Positions 21,021 to 30,477 of a stretch of 64,000 bases of DNA are shown piece after piece; the stretch's first letter is position 1, and every line of letters begins with the position of its first letter. The stretch spans positions 84,065 to 148,064 of the forward strand of contig JBBROB010000013.1 of NCBI GenBank assembly GCA_038229825.1, given 5' to 3'. A program made the position numbers and the translations under genes. Source of the stretch: Mycobacteriales bacterium (GTDB lineage Bacteria > Actinomycetota > Actinomycetes > Mycobacteriales > Nakamurellaceae). The notes below the pieces were generated by a model, which was not told the DNA's origin, did not search any database, and saw nothing but the letters and a program-made list of their open reading frames with translations.

Positions 21021-22040
21021 TCAGACTGCGGGTCGCCAGCCGAGCGCAGGCCCGAGCCTGGTGGCGATATCGGTGAGGATCTGGACGTAGTCGTCGTGCT
21101 CGAAGCTGAACGGCAGCGCGAACGCCACCTCGTCGACCTCCCGGAAGGCGGCATGGGCGTAGAGCAGTTCGGCTATCTCCGCTGATGTGCCGACGAGATC
21201 GGCCGCGAACATCAGCCGGGCCGGCCCCTGCGGACTGGCGGTCCGCGGTGTACGGGTCTGCGCGTAGCGCAGGTACTTCGCCCGCTGCTCGGCGGTCGCG
21301 GTGTCGGTCGGGATGACGACAAGGCCCTGCGAGACCCGGGCCCGGTCGCCATCCGGGTGGTGAGCACGGAAGGTTCGGATGTGCGACAGCTGGATCTCGG
21401 CGAAGTCCTGCGATTCCTCCGCCTTGACCACGCTGCTGGCCAGCAGGTTCAGGCCGTTGTCGCCGGCCCACTGCGCCGACCGCAGACTCGCTGCGCCGTA
21501 CCACATGCGGCCGGCGAGGCCAACAGCATGCGGCTGTATCCGGTCGGAGAACACCTCGATGCCCTCGATGCCGCTGAAGTCGGTGGCCGGCTCACCGCGG
21601 ATGAGGCGCAGCAACCTCGCGACTCGTTCGTAGCCGAAGTCCTCGACGTCCGCAGTGTCCGGGTACAGCGCCTGCCTGACCCGCTCGTAGTGCATCGGCG
21701 GGCCGACGCTGACGCCGGGATTGAGGCGTCCGCCGGACAGGATGTCCACGGTGGCGAGGTCCTCGGCCAGCCGCAGCGGGTTCTCCCAGCCCAGGGGAGT
21801 GACAGCGGTACCGAGTTGGATACGGCTGGTGCGCTGCGAGGCGGCGGCCAGGATGGCGATCGGCGAGGAAATGCCGTACTGCAGGTGACGGTGACGCACC
21901 CAGGCAGTGTCGAAGCCAAGACTTTCACCGAGCTCGATGACGTCCAACGTTGACTCGTGGCCTTGGCGGGGGCTGGCGCCGTCGAAGACGCCGATGGTCA
22001 GGAAACCGAGTTGGCGCAGTGGCTCGCCGCGGGTTGTCAT
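21021..22040 (-). CDS. LLM-class (luciferase-like) flavin-dependent oxidoreductase
   Basis: From ATG at 22040: 'MTTRGEPLRQLGFLTIGVFDG...LGFDTAWVRHRHLQYGISSP...GGRLNPGVSVG'. The ATGA overlap with the lacI-family stop supports this internal start. The longer 22418 ORF would run antisense through the lacI gene. Confidence 0.8.
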   Translation of the reverse strand: MTTRGEPLRQLGFLTIGVFDGASPRQGHESTLDVIELGESLGFDTAWVRHRHLQYGISSPIAILAAASQRTSRIQLGTAVTPLGWENPLRLAEDLATVDILSGGRLNPGVSVGPPMHYERVRQALYPDTADVEDFGYERVARLLRLIRGEPATDFSGIEGIEVFSDRIQPHAVGLAGRMWYGAASLRSAQWAGDNGLNLLASSVVKAEESQDFAEIQLSHIRTFRAHHPDGDRARVSQGLVVIPTDTATAEQRAKYLRYAQTRTPRTASPQGPARLMFAADLVGTSAEIAELLYAHAAFREVDEVAFALPFSFEHDDYVQILTDIATRLGPALGWRPAV

Positions 22041-23077
22041 CGGGTACTCGGCCTGCCCTTGCGGGGGGGTCGGCGGCGGGCGGGTGGCCCGATCGAGTCT
22101 CGTTCGACGACCGGCATCGGGATCCGATGGACCGAGCTCCCGCTCTTGTCGTCCAGGAGCACCTCGATGGCCCGCCGGCCGAGTTCGAAATGCGGTATCC
22201 CGACACTGGTCAGATGCGGACGCAGCCACATTGCCAGATCGGAGGAATCGAACGAGACGACCGAGACATCGTCCGGAACGGACAGTCCCATTTCCGCGAT
22301 GGCCTGGTAGGCGCCCATGGCGACCCGGTCGTTCAGGCAGATCATCGCCGTCGGCCGGGCGCCGCCTTCCAGGAGATCGAGGACCGCGTGGTAGGCATTG
22401 TCCGGCCACCAGATGCAATCGACGAATCCGGCCAGCTCGAGGCCGGCATCGGTCAGCGCCCGGTCGATCCCCGCCCGCCGTTCGATACCGGCCAGCGCAC
22501 CCACGGTCTCGCCGACCAGGTAGATCCCCGCCGTGTGCCCGGCTCGCAGCAGCAGCTGCACAGCGGTGGCGCCACCACCGACATCGTCGGGCAGTACGGC
22601 GGGAATACCGCGGCCGCGGGGCAGGCAGTTGAGCAGCACGACCGGCTGCTTGCGCAGGATGGGAGTCAGCGTCACTCGCTGGGTACCCAGGGATGCGTAC
22701 ACGAAACCACCGACTCCCCGGTCCAGCATGTCCTCGACGAGTCGGACCTCGAGATTCCGGTCGCCGTCGGTCTCGCCGACAAACAGCAGCTGCCGGTGCA
22801 GCAGTGCCGTGGTCAGGCTGCCCCGAATCGCCTCGGCAGCAAACCTTTCAGAGGCCCGGTCCGAGATGAATCCGATGGTGCTCGACGTGTTGTGCCGCAG
22901 CGCGCGCGCCACCAGACTGGGCCGGTACTGCAGCTCCCTCGCGGCCTGCACCACCCGCTCCTCCGCAGCGCTGGAGATGCGCATGTCGCGCCGGCCTGTC
23001 ATCACGTATGAGGCGGTCGTCCGGGACACCCCCGCTCGCTCGGCCACCTGTTGCAGGGTGGCCCTTGGTGAACGCAA
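22037..23077 (-). CDS. LacI-family transcriptional regulator
   Basis: N-terminal HTH 'ATLQQVAERAGVSRTTASYVMTG', followed by a periplasmic-binding-protein-like sugar-binding core. Confidence 0.9.
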   Translation of the reverse strand: MRSPRATLQQVAERAGVSRTTASYVMTGRRDMRISSAAEERVVQAARELQYRPSLVARALRHNTSSTIGFISDRASERFAAEAIRGSLTTALLHRQLLFVGETDGDRNLEVRLVEDMLDRGVGGFVYASLGTQRVTLTPILRKQPVVLLNCLPRGRGIPAVLPDDVGGGATAVQLLLRAGHTAGIYLVGETVGALAGIERRAGIDRALTDAGLELAGFVDCIWWPDNAYHAVLDLLEGGARPTAMICLNDRVAMGAYQAIAEMGLSVPDDVSVVSFDSSDLAMWLRPHLTSVGIPHFELGRRAIEVLLDDKSGSSVHRIPMPVVERDSIGPPARRRPPRKGRPSTR

Positions 23078-23374
23078 GTCGACCCTCCTGGCTCGGGTGA
23101 GGCGTTGTCGCTTCGAACGAACTGTACTTCGGGCCGCGGCTCTTGCCCCCTGGAGCCCGCAACTTCACATAATTCTTTGGCCATTGAACATATCGAACAG
23201 GGGTAGGAATGGACCGAAAAAGGTCTTGCCAAAGGCCTGGTTCCACTTGACACGGCCTTCCCTCGGGTGCAAGGTGACCCGTGTCAGCAAGTGACCCCGA
23301 CCGCGGGCGGCAAGGGTCCGGAACCGGCTCAGAGACGATGGTGTCATTGTGGACCTGTCGAGGATTGGATAAGG

Positions 23375-24652
23375 ATGAGTCAGCAGATCAGCCGACGGTC
23401 ATTGTTCAAGGTGGCGGGCGCTGGGGCGCTCGCATCGGTGGTCCCGCTGTCCGGATGCAGTTCCAATACAGCCGGCGGGACCACGTCGATCAGGTTCGAA
23501 GAGACCAAGTTCGAGGTCATTCCCTACATCGACAAACTCGTCGCCGATTTCAACGGCAAACAATCCTCGGTGTCGGTGACACATGATTCGACCTCCAGTC
23601 TGATCGCGCAGTTCGTCCGCGGCAACCCGCCCGATATCGATCTGGACAATTACAATCTGACAACGTCACTGTTCATCGCCCGTGGGGTACTGGCAAACCT
23701 TGCCGACCTTCCCGAGGCGAAGACCATTGATCCGAATGTGCAGGCCTTGGTCACCCAGTACGCGTCCTTCAAAGACGAGACCAGCGTGCTGCCGTATTCG
23801 ATCGCTGCCGAGGGTGTGGTCTACAACCCGGATCTGTTCGACAAACACTCGGTGAAAGTGCCGACCACCTGGACCGAATTGCTCGCCGCCTGCGAGACGT
23901 TGAAGTCGAAGGGGGTCACCCCGATCTACGGCACCTACAAGGACGGCTGGACGATTCAGCAGGGGCTGTTCGACTACGTCGCCGGCGCCTCACTGGACGT
24001 GGCCGCCTTCTACAAGCAGCTGAATGCGCTGGGCGCTGCCGCCGGTGCGGATGCCGCCGTGTCGTTCACCAAGGACTTCGCAGCCGCCACCAAGAAGATG
24101 ATGCAACTGCTGCCGTTCACGAATCCGGACGCACCCAGCCGGGCGTATGCCGACGGCAATGCGGCTTTCGCGGCCGGGCAGGCGGCCATGTACCTGCAGG
24201 GGCCCTGGGCGGTCGGTGAGGTCCTGAAAGTGAACCCGAAAGCGAAGATCGGCACGTTCGCGCTTCCGGTGACCGACAACCCCGCTGACCTGAAGTGCCG
24301 GGTGAACCTGGATCTGGCCATCTGGCTTCCGCGGAGCGGTTCGAAGCAGGCGGCCGCCACGAAGTTCCTCAGCTACCTGATGCAGCCCGATGTGGTCAAC
24401 AAATACAATCTGGACAATTTGGCGTTCTCGCCTTTGAAGGACGCCCCATCGGTCGCCGCTGATTCACCCATCGCCGGGCTGGAGGCATTGGTCAAGGCCG
24501 GGAAGTTCTACCAGGGTCCGGCCACCTACCTGCCGAACGTCATTCCGGTCGGCAACTACGTGCAGGCCATGGTGTTGAACAAGGATCCGAACGCCATCCT
24601 GGCCAGCTTGGACAACGACTGGCATCGCATCGCCAAGCGGACATCCGCCTAG
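23375..24652 (+). CDS. Carbohydrate ABC transporter substrate-binding lipoprotein
   Basis: ATG 23375 gives a Tat/lipobox-like signal 'MSQQISRRSLFKVAGAGALASVVPLSGCSS', followed by a family-1 extracellular solute-binding fold. Confidence 0.85.
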   Translation: MSQQISRRSLFKVAGAGALASVVPLSGCSSNTAGGTTSIRFEETKFEVIPYIDKLVADFNGKQSSVSVTHDSTSSLIAQFVRGNPPDIDLDNYNLTTSLFIARGVLANLADLPEAKTIDPNVQALVTQYASFKDETSVLPYSIAAEGVVYNPDLFDKHSVKVPTTWTELLAACETLKSKGVTPIYGTYKDGWTIQQGLFDYVAGASLDVAAFYKQLNALGAAAGADAAVSFTKDFAAATKKMMQLLPFTNPDAPSRAYADGNAAFAAGQAAMYLQGPWAVGEVLKVNPKAKIGTFALPVTDNPADLKCRVNLDLAIWLPRSGSKQAAATKFLSYLMQPDVVNKYNLDNLAFSPLKDAPSVAADSPIAGLEALVKAGKFYQGPATYLPNVIPVGNYVQAMVLNKDPNAILASLDNDWHRIAKRTSA

Positions 24653-24720
24653 CAATCGCACGGCTCCGCAGGGCAACGGAACTTCACCACTGCTAACCGG
24701 CAACCATCAGGAGACAGCCG

Positions 24721-25650
24721 ATGTCAACCCCCACCAAGACGGCCGACACCACCGCGACCGCAGCACCGGCCCCACCCGCACAGCCGAAACGGAGCCGCGT
24801 CGAGGGCACCTATTTCGTCATGCTGCTGCCGGTTCTCATCCTGTTCAGCCTTTTCATCACTGCGCCTGCCCTGCTGGGGGTTTTCTACAGCTTCACGAAC
24901 TACGTCGGATACGGCTCCTTCAAGTTCGTCGGCTTCACGAACTACGCATCGCTGTTCACCGATGCAAACCTCATGCATTCCTACGGCTTCACCCTGCTGT
25001 TCGCGATCGTCACCACGATCCTGACCAACGTCATCGCGCTGGGTCTGGCGCTCGGCCTGAATGCAAAAATTCGGGCCAAGACAGCACTGCGCGGGATCTT
25101 CTTCATCCCGATGGTCATTTCCGGCATCGTCATCGCCTATGTCTTCAACTATCTGTTCTCCACGTCGATCCCGACCATTGCCAAGAGCCTGGGCATCACC
25201 GGTCTGGAGAACAGCATTCTGGCTAATTCCAGTTGGGCCTGGTTGGCGATCGTGATCGTCTCGGCCTGGCAGGCCTGTCCGGGAGCGATCATCATCTATC
25301 TGGCCGGTCTGCTGGCCATCCCGCCCGACGTATACGAGGCGGCGGCGATCGACGGGGCCGGTCATTCGAGGGCTTTCCGGTCGATCACCTTCCCGCTCAT
25401 CTTCGGTTATGTCGTCATCAATACGATTCTGGGCTTCAAGGCCTTCCTGAATGTGTACGAGATCATCGTCGGTCTGACCAATGGCGGACCAGGCACATCG
25501 ACCATCAGTGTCGCGATGAGTATCTTCACCGGGTTCACCGGTGGCGACTACTCGTATCAGATGGCCAATGCCGTCGTGTTCTTCCTGGTCACCCTGATCC
25601 TGTCCCTGTTGCAGCTGCAACTCATCCGGCGCCGAGGAGTGTCCCTGTAA
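24721..25650 (+). CDS. Carbohydrate ABC transporter permease (MalF/UgpA-like)
   Basis: Six predicted TM segments. EAA loop 'YEAAAIDGAGHSRAFRSITFPLI'. Confidence 0.9.
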   Translation: MSTPTKTADTTATAAPAPPAQPKRSRVEGTYFVMLLPVLILFSLFITAPALLGVFYSFTNYVGYGSFKFVGFTNYASLFTDANLMHSYGFTLLFAIVTTILTNVIALGLALGLNAKIRAKTALRGIFFIPMVISGIVIAYVFNYLFSTSIPTIAKSLGITGLENSILANSSWAWLAIVIVSAWQACPGAIIIYLAGLLAIPPDVYEAAAIDGAGHSRAFRSITFPLIFGYVVINTILGFKAFLNVYEIIVGLTNGGPGTSTISVAMSIFTGFTGGDYSYQMANAVVFFLVTLILSLLQLQLIRRRGVSL

Positions 25651-26558
25651 TGACCACCATCCCGGACATGCAGCAGGCGGCCCCTGTACCTGCCTCACCC
25701 GATTCGCCGGCGGAGAAGATCCTGCACCCGCCGAAGGAGGACGGACACAAGAGCTGGGGACTGACCATCCTGCTGTTCGTCTGTTCGCTGACCGTGCTGG
25801 TGCCGCTGTACTTCACCATCGCGATGTCGCTCAAATCGTCGTCGGAAGCCGCGACCGGAACCGGTCTGAGCTTTCCGTGGCCGCTCCATTTCGACAACTT
25901 CTCCACCGCCTGGACGCTGGTCAAATTCCCCGCTGCGTTTGGCTTCTCCCTGTTCATCACCGCGTTCAGCGTGGTCGGAGAGATCCTCTTCTGCTCGATC
26001 GTGGCGTACGCGATCGCCCGCAACATGCACCACCGGTTGTTCCGCTGGTCATTCGCCTACCTGCTGGCCGCGATGTTCATCCCGTTCCCGGTGATCGCCC
26101 TGCCGCAGATCAAACTCACCGCGCTGATCGGTCTGGACAATCCGGTCGGGGTGATGATCCTGCACATTCTGTTCGGCCTGTCGTTCAATGTGCTGCTGTA
26201 CTCGGCATTCATCAGGTCCATTCCGCTGGAGCTCGAGGAGAGCGCCCGACTGGACGGCGCGAGTACCTGGGGAGTGTTCCGCAAGCTGATCTTCCCTCTG
26301 CTCGGCCCGATGAACGCCACCGTCGGCATCTTCGCGTTCCTGGCGTCCTGGAACGACTTCATGATGCCGGCCCTGATCACCTCCAACCCGGCACAGCAGA
26401 CCCTCCCGGTGGTGCAGAACATCTTCAACAACCAGTTGACCAACAACTACAACGTGGCGTTCGCGTCCTACCTGATGGCCATGCTGCCCAGTCTGATCGG
26501 CTACCTGATTGCCCAACGGTGGGTCATGTCGGGTATGTTGCGCGGCGCCATCAAATAG
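25650..26558 (+). CDS. Carbohydrate ABC transporter permease (MalG/UgpE-like)
   Basis: ATG 25650 overlaps the preceding TAA stop. EAA loop 'EESARLDGASTWGVFRKLIFPLL'. Confidence 0.9.
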   Translation: MTTIPDMQQAAPVPASPDSPAEKILHPPKEDGHKSWGLTILLFVCSLTVLVPLYFTIAMSLKSSSEAATGTGLSFPWPLHFDNFSTAWTLVKFPAAFGFSLFITAFSVVGEILFCSIVAYAIARNMHHRLFRWSFAYLLAAMFIPFPVIALPQIKLTALIGLDNPVGVMILHILFGLSFNVLLYSAFIRSIPLELEESARLDGASTWGVFRKLIFPLLGPMNATVGIFAFLASWNDFMMPALITSNPAQQTLPVVQNIFNNQLTNNYNVAFASYLMAMLPSLIGYLIAQRWVMSGMLRGAIK

Positions 26559-26594
26559 GCCAGTTCAGGCCGCCCGACGGGCGGAGGAGCATCG

Positions 26595-28274
26595 GTGAAA
26601 GGCAGCAACATGGCGTACCCCGTCGCAACATCTTCGGACGCTCCGTCCGACCCGAACTGGTGGCGCCAGGCGGTCGTCTATCAGATCTATCCACGCAGTT
26701 TCTCCGATTCCGACGCCGACGGGGTCGGCGACCTGAAGGGGATCACCAGCCGGGTCCAGTACCTGGCGGCGCTGGGGATCGACGCGATCTGGCTCAGCCC
26801 GTTCTATCCCTCGGCCTTGGCCGACGGCGGTTACGACGTCGACGACTATCGCGACGTCGACCCCAGGTTGGGCACGCTGGCCGACTTCGACGATCTGGCG
26901 ACGGCGGTCCATTCCGCCGGAATGAAGATCATCGTCGACATCGTTCCCAACCACACCTCCAACCGTCATATCTGGTTCCGCGAAGCATTGGCGGCACCGC
27001 CGAATTCACCGGCCAGGGCCAGGTACATCTTCCGTGAGGGTCTGGGTCAGGACGGGTCGGAGCCACCGTCGGACTGGGATTCCATGTTCGGCGGTTCGGC
27101 CTGGGAACGAGTGCCGGACGGTCAGTGGTATCTGCACACCTTCGCCGTCGAACAGCCGGATCTGAACTGGTCGAACCGCGAGGTGCGGGACGACTTCCTG
27201 ACCACGCTGCGCTTCTGGTCGGATCGGGGTGCCGATGGTTTCCGGGTGGACGTCGCTCATCACCTGGCCAAGGACCTCACCGAACCGTTGCCCGCCAAGG
27301 CGATGATCGCCCCGGGAGTTCTTCCGCACGGATCGCACCCGTTCGAGGACCGCGACGAGGTGCACGACATCTACGCCGAGTGGCGGCTGGTGTTCAACGA
27401 ATACAGCCCGCCGCGTACCGCGGTCGCCGAGGCCTGGGTGCACACCACCCGGCGCGCCCGCTATGCGAGTCCGGAAGGACTCGGTCAGGCCTTCAACTTC
27501 GACCTGCTGCGGGCGGACTGGGACCCGGCACAGTTCCGCAGCATGATTTCGCACAACCTGAGCGAGTCGCAGCAGACCGGCGCGTCGTCCACCTGGGTGT
27601 TGTCCAACCACGATGTCGTGCGTCACGCCACCCGCTACGGTCTCCCGCCGCGGCCGGACGGAGACACCCCGCAGGACGGCAGGGCCTGGTTGCTCACCGA
27701 CGGCAGCTTCCCGACCCTGGACGTGGAGCTGGGCCTGCGGCGGGCGCGGGCGGCGTCGCTGTTGATGCTCGCCCTTCCCGGCTCTGCCTACCTCTACCAG
27801 GGCGAGGAGCTGGGACTTCACGAAGTCGGCGATCTGCCGCCGGAAGTCATGCAGGACCCCACTTTCTTCCGGTCGAAAGGCATCGAGAAGGGCCGTGACG
27901 GTTGCCGGGTCCCGCTGCCGTGGACCACGACCGGTCCGTCGTTCGGGTTCGGCGCGGGTCCGGCGCATCTGCCCCAGCCGCAGTGGTTTGGCGACTGCTC
28001 CGTCCAGGCGGAGGAGAACGACCCGTCGTCCACCCTGCGGCTTTACCGGCAGGCGCTCGGTCTACGCCGCAAACTCCAGGTGCCGGAGGAACTCGAGTGG
28101 GTGGAGTCGGCGGATCCCTGCGTCCTGCACTTCCGGCGTCCGGACGGGTGGGAATCGATCACCAACTTCGGCTCGACCGCGGTTGAGCTGCCGCCCGGGG
28201 TCGTCATCAGCAGCGCACCGCTCGACGGGCAGGACCGACTGGGTCCGGACACCACCGCGTGGGTGATCAGCTAG
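26595..28274 (+). CDS. GH13 alpha-glucosidase / oligo-1,6-glucosidase
   Basis: GGAGGAG lies upstream of GTG 26595. 'WWRQAVVYQIYPRSF', 'DIVPNHTS', 'GFRVDVAHH', 'EAW' and 'NHDV' conserved regions. Confidence 0.9.
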   Translation: MKGSNMAYPVATSSDAPSDPNWWRQAVVYQIYPRSFSDSDADGVGDLKGITSRVQYLAALGIDAIWLSPFYPSALADGGYDVDDYRDVDPRLGTLADFDDLATAVHSAGMKIIVDIVPNHTSNRHIWFREALAAPPNSPARARYIFREGLGQDGSEPPSDWDSMFGGSAWERVPDGQWYLHTFAVEQPDLNWSNREVRDDFLTTLRFWSDRGADGFRVDVAHHLAKDLTEPLPAKAMIAPGVLPHGSHPFEDRDEVHDIYAEWRLVFNEYSPPRTAVAEAWVHTTRRARYASPEGLGQAFNFDLLRADWDPAQFRSMISHNLSESQQTGASSTWVLSNHDVVRHATRYGLPPRPDGDTPQDGRAWLLTDGSFPTLDVELGLRRARAASLLMLALPGSAYLYQGEELGLHEVGDLPPEVMQDPTFFRSKGIEKGRDGCRVPLPWTTTGPSFGFGAGPAHLPQPQWFGDCSVQAEENDPSSTLRLYRQALGLRRKLQVPEELEWVESADPCVLHFRRPDGWESITNFGSTAVELPPGVVISSAPLDGQDRLGPDTTAWVIS

Positions 28275-28316
28275 CCAGGGAACGTCGGCACCACCGGGGA
28301 CGTTGCACCCGGTGAC

Positions 28317-28925
28317 ATGACTCTGACACTCGCCATCCTCGGCGACTCAATCGCGTACGGGCAGGGTGCGTCTCGACCTGCCGACACCATCGGGCCGCGG
28401 TTGGCCGCCCACCTGATCACGTCCGGGATACCCACCGAGGTACGGGTTTTCGCGGTCCCCAGGGCGCGCAGCAGCGAGCTGGTCGGGCAGGTGCAACAGG
28501 CGCGGGCCTGGGGCGCGCAGGTTGCGCTGATCATCATCGGCGCCAACGACCTGACCCATTTCGTACCGACCCAGGACGCCGCCGCGCAGCTCGGTGGCGC
28601 AGTGCGGGATCTCCGCGCCTGCGGTGCCCAGGTCGTGGTGGCTCCGGCACCCGATCTCAGCGTGGTGCCGTGGGTGCCGGCGCAGCTGCGGTCCCTGGTC
28701 AGAGCCGGCAGCGACCTGCTGCGGGCGGCACAGACCCATGCGGCGCTGGCCGAGGGTGCACGGGTGGCCGACCTGAACGGCAGCACCTCCGCGATGTTCG
28801 CAGCAGACGGCGGGATGTTCAGCGGCGACCGGTTTCATCCCTCCAGCGCCGGCTATGCGCTGATCGCGCAGGCGCTGGCCCCGGCCGTCCGGGCCGCCTC
28901 AGCCGAGGCCGGCCGGAACGGCTGA
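28317..28925 (+). CDS. SGNH/GDSL-family hydrolase
   Basis: Block I 'LAILGDSIAYG', block III 'IIIGANDL', block V 'DRFHPS'. Confidence 0.75.
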   Translation: MTLTLAILGDSIAYGQGASRPADTIGPRLAAHLITSGIPTEVRVFAVPRARSSELVGQVQQARAWGAQVALIIIGANDLTHFVPTQDAAAQLGGAVRDLRACGAQVVVAPAPDLSVVPWVPAQLRSLVRAGSDLLRAAQTHAALAEGARVADLNGSTSAMFAADGGMFSGDRFHPSSAGYALIAQALAPAVRAASAEAGRNG

Positions 28926-29393
28926 TTCGGCCGGCCGGCGGTGGTCGTAGGTCACCGCGTTGGCCTGGGCGTCGACGATCACCACGGGGCAGGGGGCGTG
29001 CTTGATGCAGTTGGTGGCCACTTTGCCGAACACAACATCTCGCAGGGCGGTATGACCGTGGGTCCCCAGGACCAGCAGGCACGCGCCGGAACTGCGGCCG
29101 AGCAGGACCTTGGCCGGCCTGGCGTGGAGGCTGGTGCGGATCACCTGTGGTGTGACAGTCATCTCCGCCATGGCCGCCGCTGCTTCGTTGTCCACCATGC
29201 AGATAGAGCCGCGGGACAGTTCATGGGGCGAGCCGAACGCGAGATCGGTGAGGGTGTGCGGTTGCCAGCAGTGCACGACCTCCACGGTTGCCTGACGGGT
29301 GACTCCTTCGCGCAGCGCCCAGCGCAGGGCGACCAGGCTTTCTGCCGAGCCGTCGATTCCGACGACGATGACGGGGGTCTTGATCTCGGCCAT
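28899..29393 (-). CDS. Universal stress protein (UspA family)
   Basis: 'PVIVVGIDGSAESLVALRWAL', 'LLVLGTHGH' and 'GKVATNCIKHAPCPVVIV'. Its 3' end overlaps the SGNH gene by 27 bp (convergent). Confidence 0.8.
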   Translation of the reverse strand: MAEIKTPVIVVGIDGSAESLVALRWALREGVTRQATVEVVHCWQPHTLTDLAFGSPHELSRGSICMVDNEAAAAMAEMTVTPQVIRTSLHARPAKVLLGRSSGACLLVLGTHGHTALRDVVFGKVATNCIKHAPCPVVIVDAQANAVTYDHRRPAESAVPAGLG

Positions 29394-29537
29394 GACAGTG
29401 CTCCTCGTGACGGTTCGCGCCCGCGACGGGGGATCCGGCCCGGGTTCGATTCCAGGTTATGAACACCGATGCGCTCGCTGCAGAGCCAAAAGTCCCTCAA
29501 TTTAGGTACCTATGCAGGTCTCGGTCGTCGAGCAAGG

Positions 29538-30356
29538 TCAGCTCGACCCGCTGACCCGATCCAGAATGGCGCCGGCGACGTCGTCGGGGCACAACTCCGG
29601 TAGCCAATGCCCGGAATCCAGTTCGAGGAATCGGTAGTCGGCGGTGACGTGGGCGCCGGTGCGGACGGCTGCCGCGCGGCCGAGGGCGAAGTCCTGTCGA
29701 CCCCAGATGAAGGTGGTCGGCACCGCCGCGTCAGGGACGGTCGCGCCCATCGAGAACGGCAGGCCGCGATACCAGTTGAGCGCGCCGGTGAGCCTGGCTC
29801 GATCGTGCATCACCATTGCGTAGTGCTCGGCGGCTTCGGCCGGCAGTCCGCTGCGGCGCAATCGCCGGGCAAATCCCTGCGACAAGGCCATTTCCGGCAG
29901 AACGGGAAGCTGGAAGAAGGCCATGTACCAAGATTTCAGGGCCTGCGAGCTGTGCAACATCGCTTCGGTCATGGCCGCCGGATGAGGTGTCGACAGCACC
30001 GTCAGGCTGCGGACCCGGTCCGGGTGCCGGCCGGCGACCGCCCACGCGACCGCACCACCCCAATCATGGCCGACCAGATGCACCTGGTCGGAGCCGGAGG
30101 CCTCGATCAGCCCGATCACGTCGTCCGCTAGTTCGGACATCCGGTAATCCCGGCGGTCGATCGGCCGGGCGGTGCGGGCATACCCGCGTTGGGTCGGCAC
30201 CAGAGTCCGCAGGCCCTGGGCGTTCAGTGGGCCCACCACCTCCCGGTAGGAGGTCTCGTCCTGCGGAAAGCCGTGCAGTAGCACCACTGGCCGCCCGCCG
30301 GCGGGGCCGGAATCCCGAACCGGGAAGGTCAAATCGGACCGGGTGAACTCATGCAC
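29538..30356 (-). CDS. Alpha/beta-fold hydrolase (epoxide-hydrolase/haloalkane-dehalogenase-like)
   Basis: 'VVLLHGFPQ', nucleophile elbow 'LVGHDWGG', and C-terminal 'SGHWLPE'. Confidence 0.8.
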   Translation of the reverse strand: MHEFTRSDLTFPVRDSGPAGGRPVVLLHGFPQDETSYREVVGPLNAQGLRTLVPTQRGYARTARPIDRRDYRMSELADDVIGLIEASGSDQVHLVGHDWGGAVAWAVAGRHPDRVRSLTVLSTPHPAAMTEAMLHSSQALKSWYMAFFQLPVLPEMALSQGFARRLRRSGLPAEAAEHYAMVMHDRARLTGALNWYRGLPFSMGATVPDAAVPTTFIWGRQDFALGRAAAVRTGAHVTADYRFLELDSGHWLPELCPDDVAGAILDRVSGSS

Positions 30357-30477
30357 AAGTGTCGATGTTATTCACAGCGTTGGCCGATCACAGCTTTGGG
30401 TGAGGTCGCGCCCTCGTACCACTCACGATCCGGGCCCGAGGCTGCGGGGCGGACGGGCAGGTGCGAGGCTGGGCCCT

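Noticed and set aside
22041-22418. Upstream extension of the LLM oxidoreductase ORF to 22418
   Set aside because: It would overlap 380 bp of the LacI-family gene in another frame. The ATG at 22040 gives an ATGA coupling and a normal LLM N-terminus.
23161-23260. Possible LacI operator in the AT-rich divergent promoter region (for example TGAACATATCGAACA and AGGTCTTGCCAAAGGCCT)
   Set aside because: These are only imperfect repeats and palindromes that do not match the usual TGnnAnCGnTnnCA-type LacI operator. They are too weak to call.
29442-29453. tRNA T-arm-like motif GGGTTCGATTCC in the usp / hydrolase intergenic region
   Set aside because: The flanking stem has a mismatch. I found no matching acceptor stem or anticodon arm upstream, and there is no CCA context. 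It is at most a tRNA 3'-end fragment (an old att-site scar), which I cannot support.
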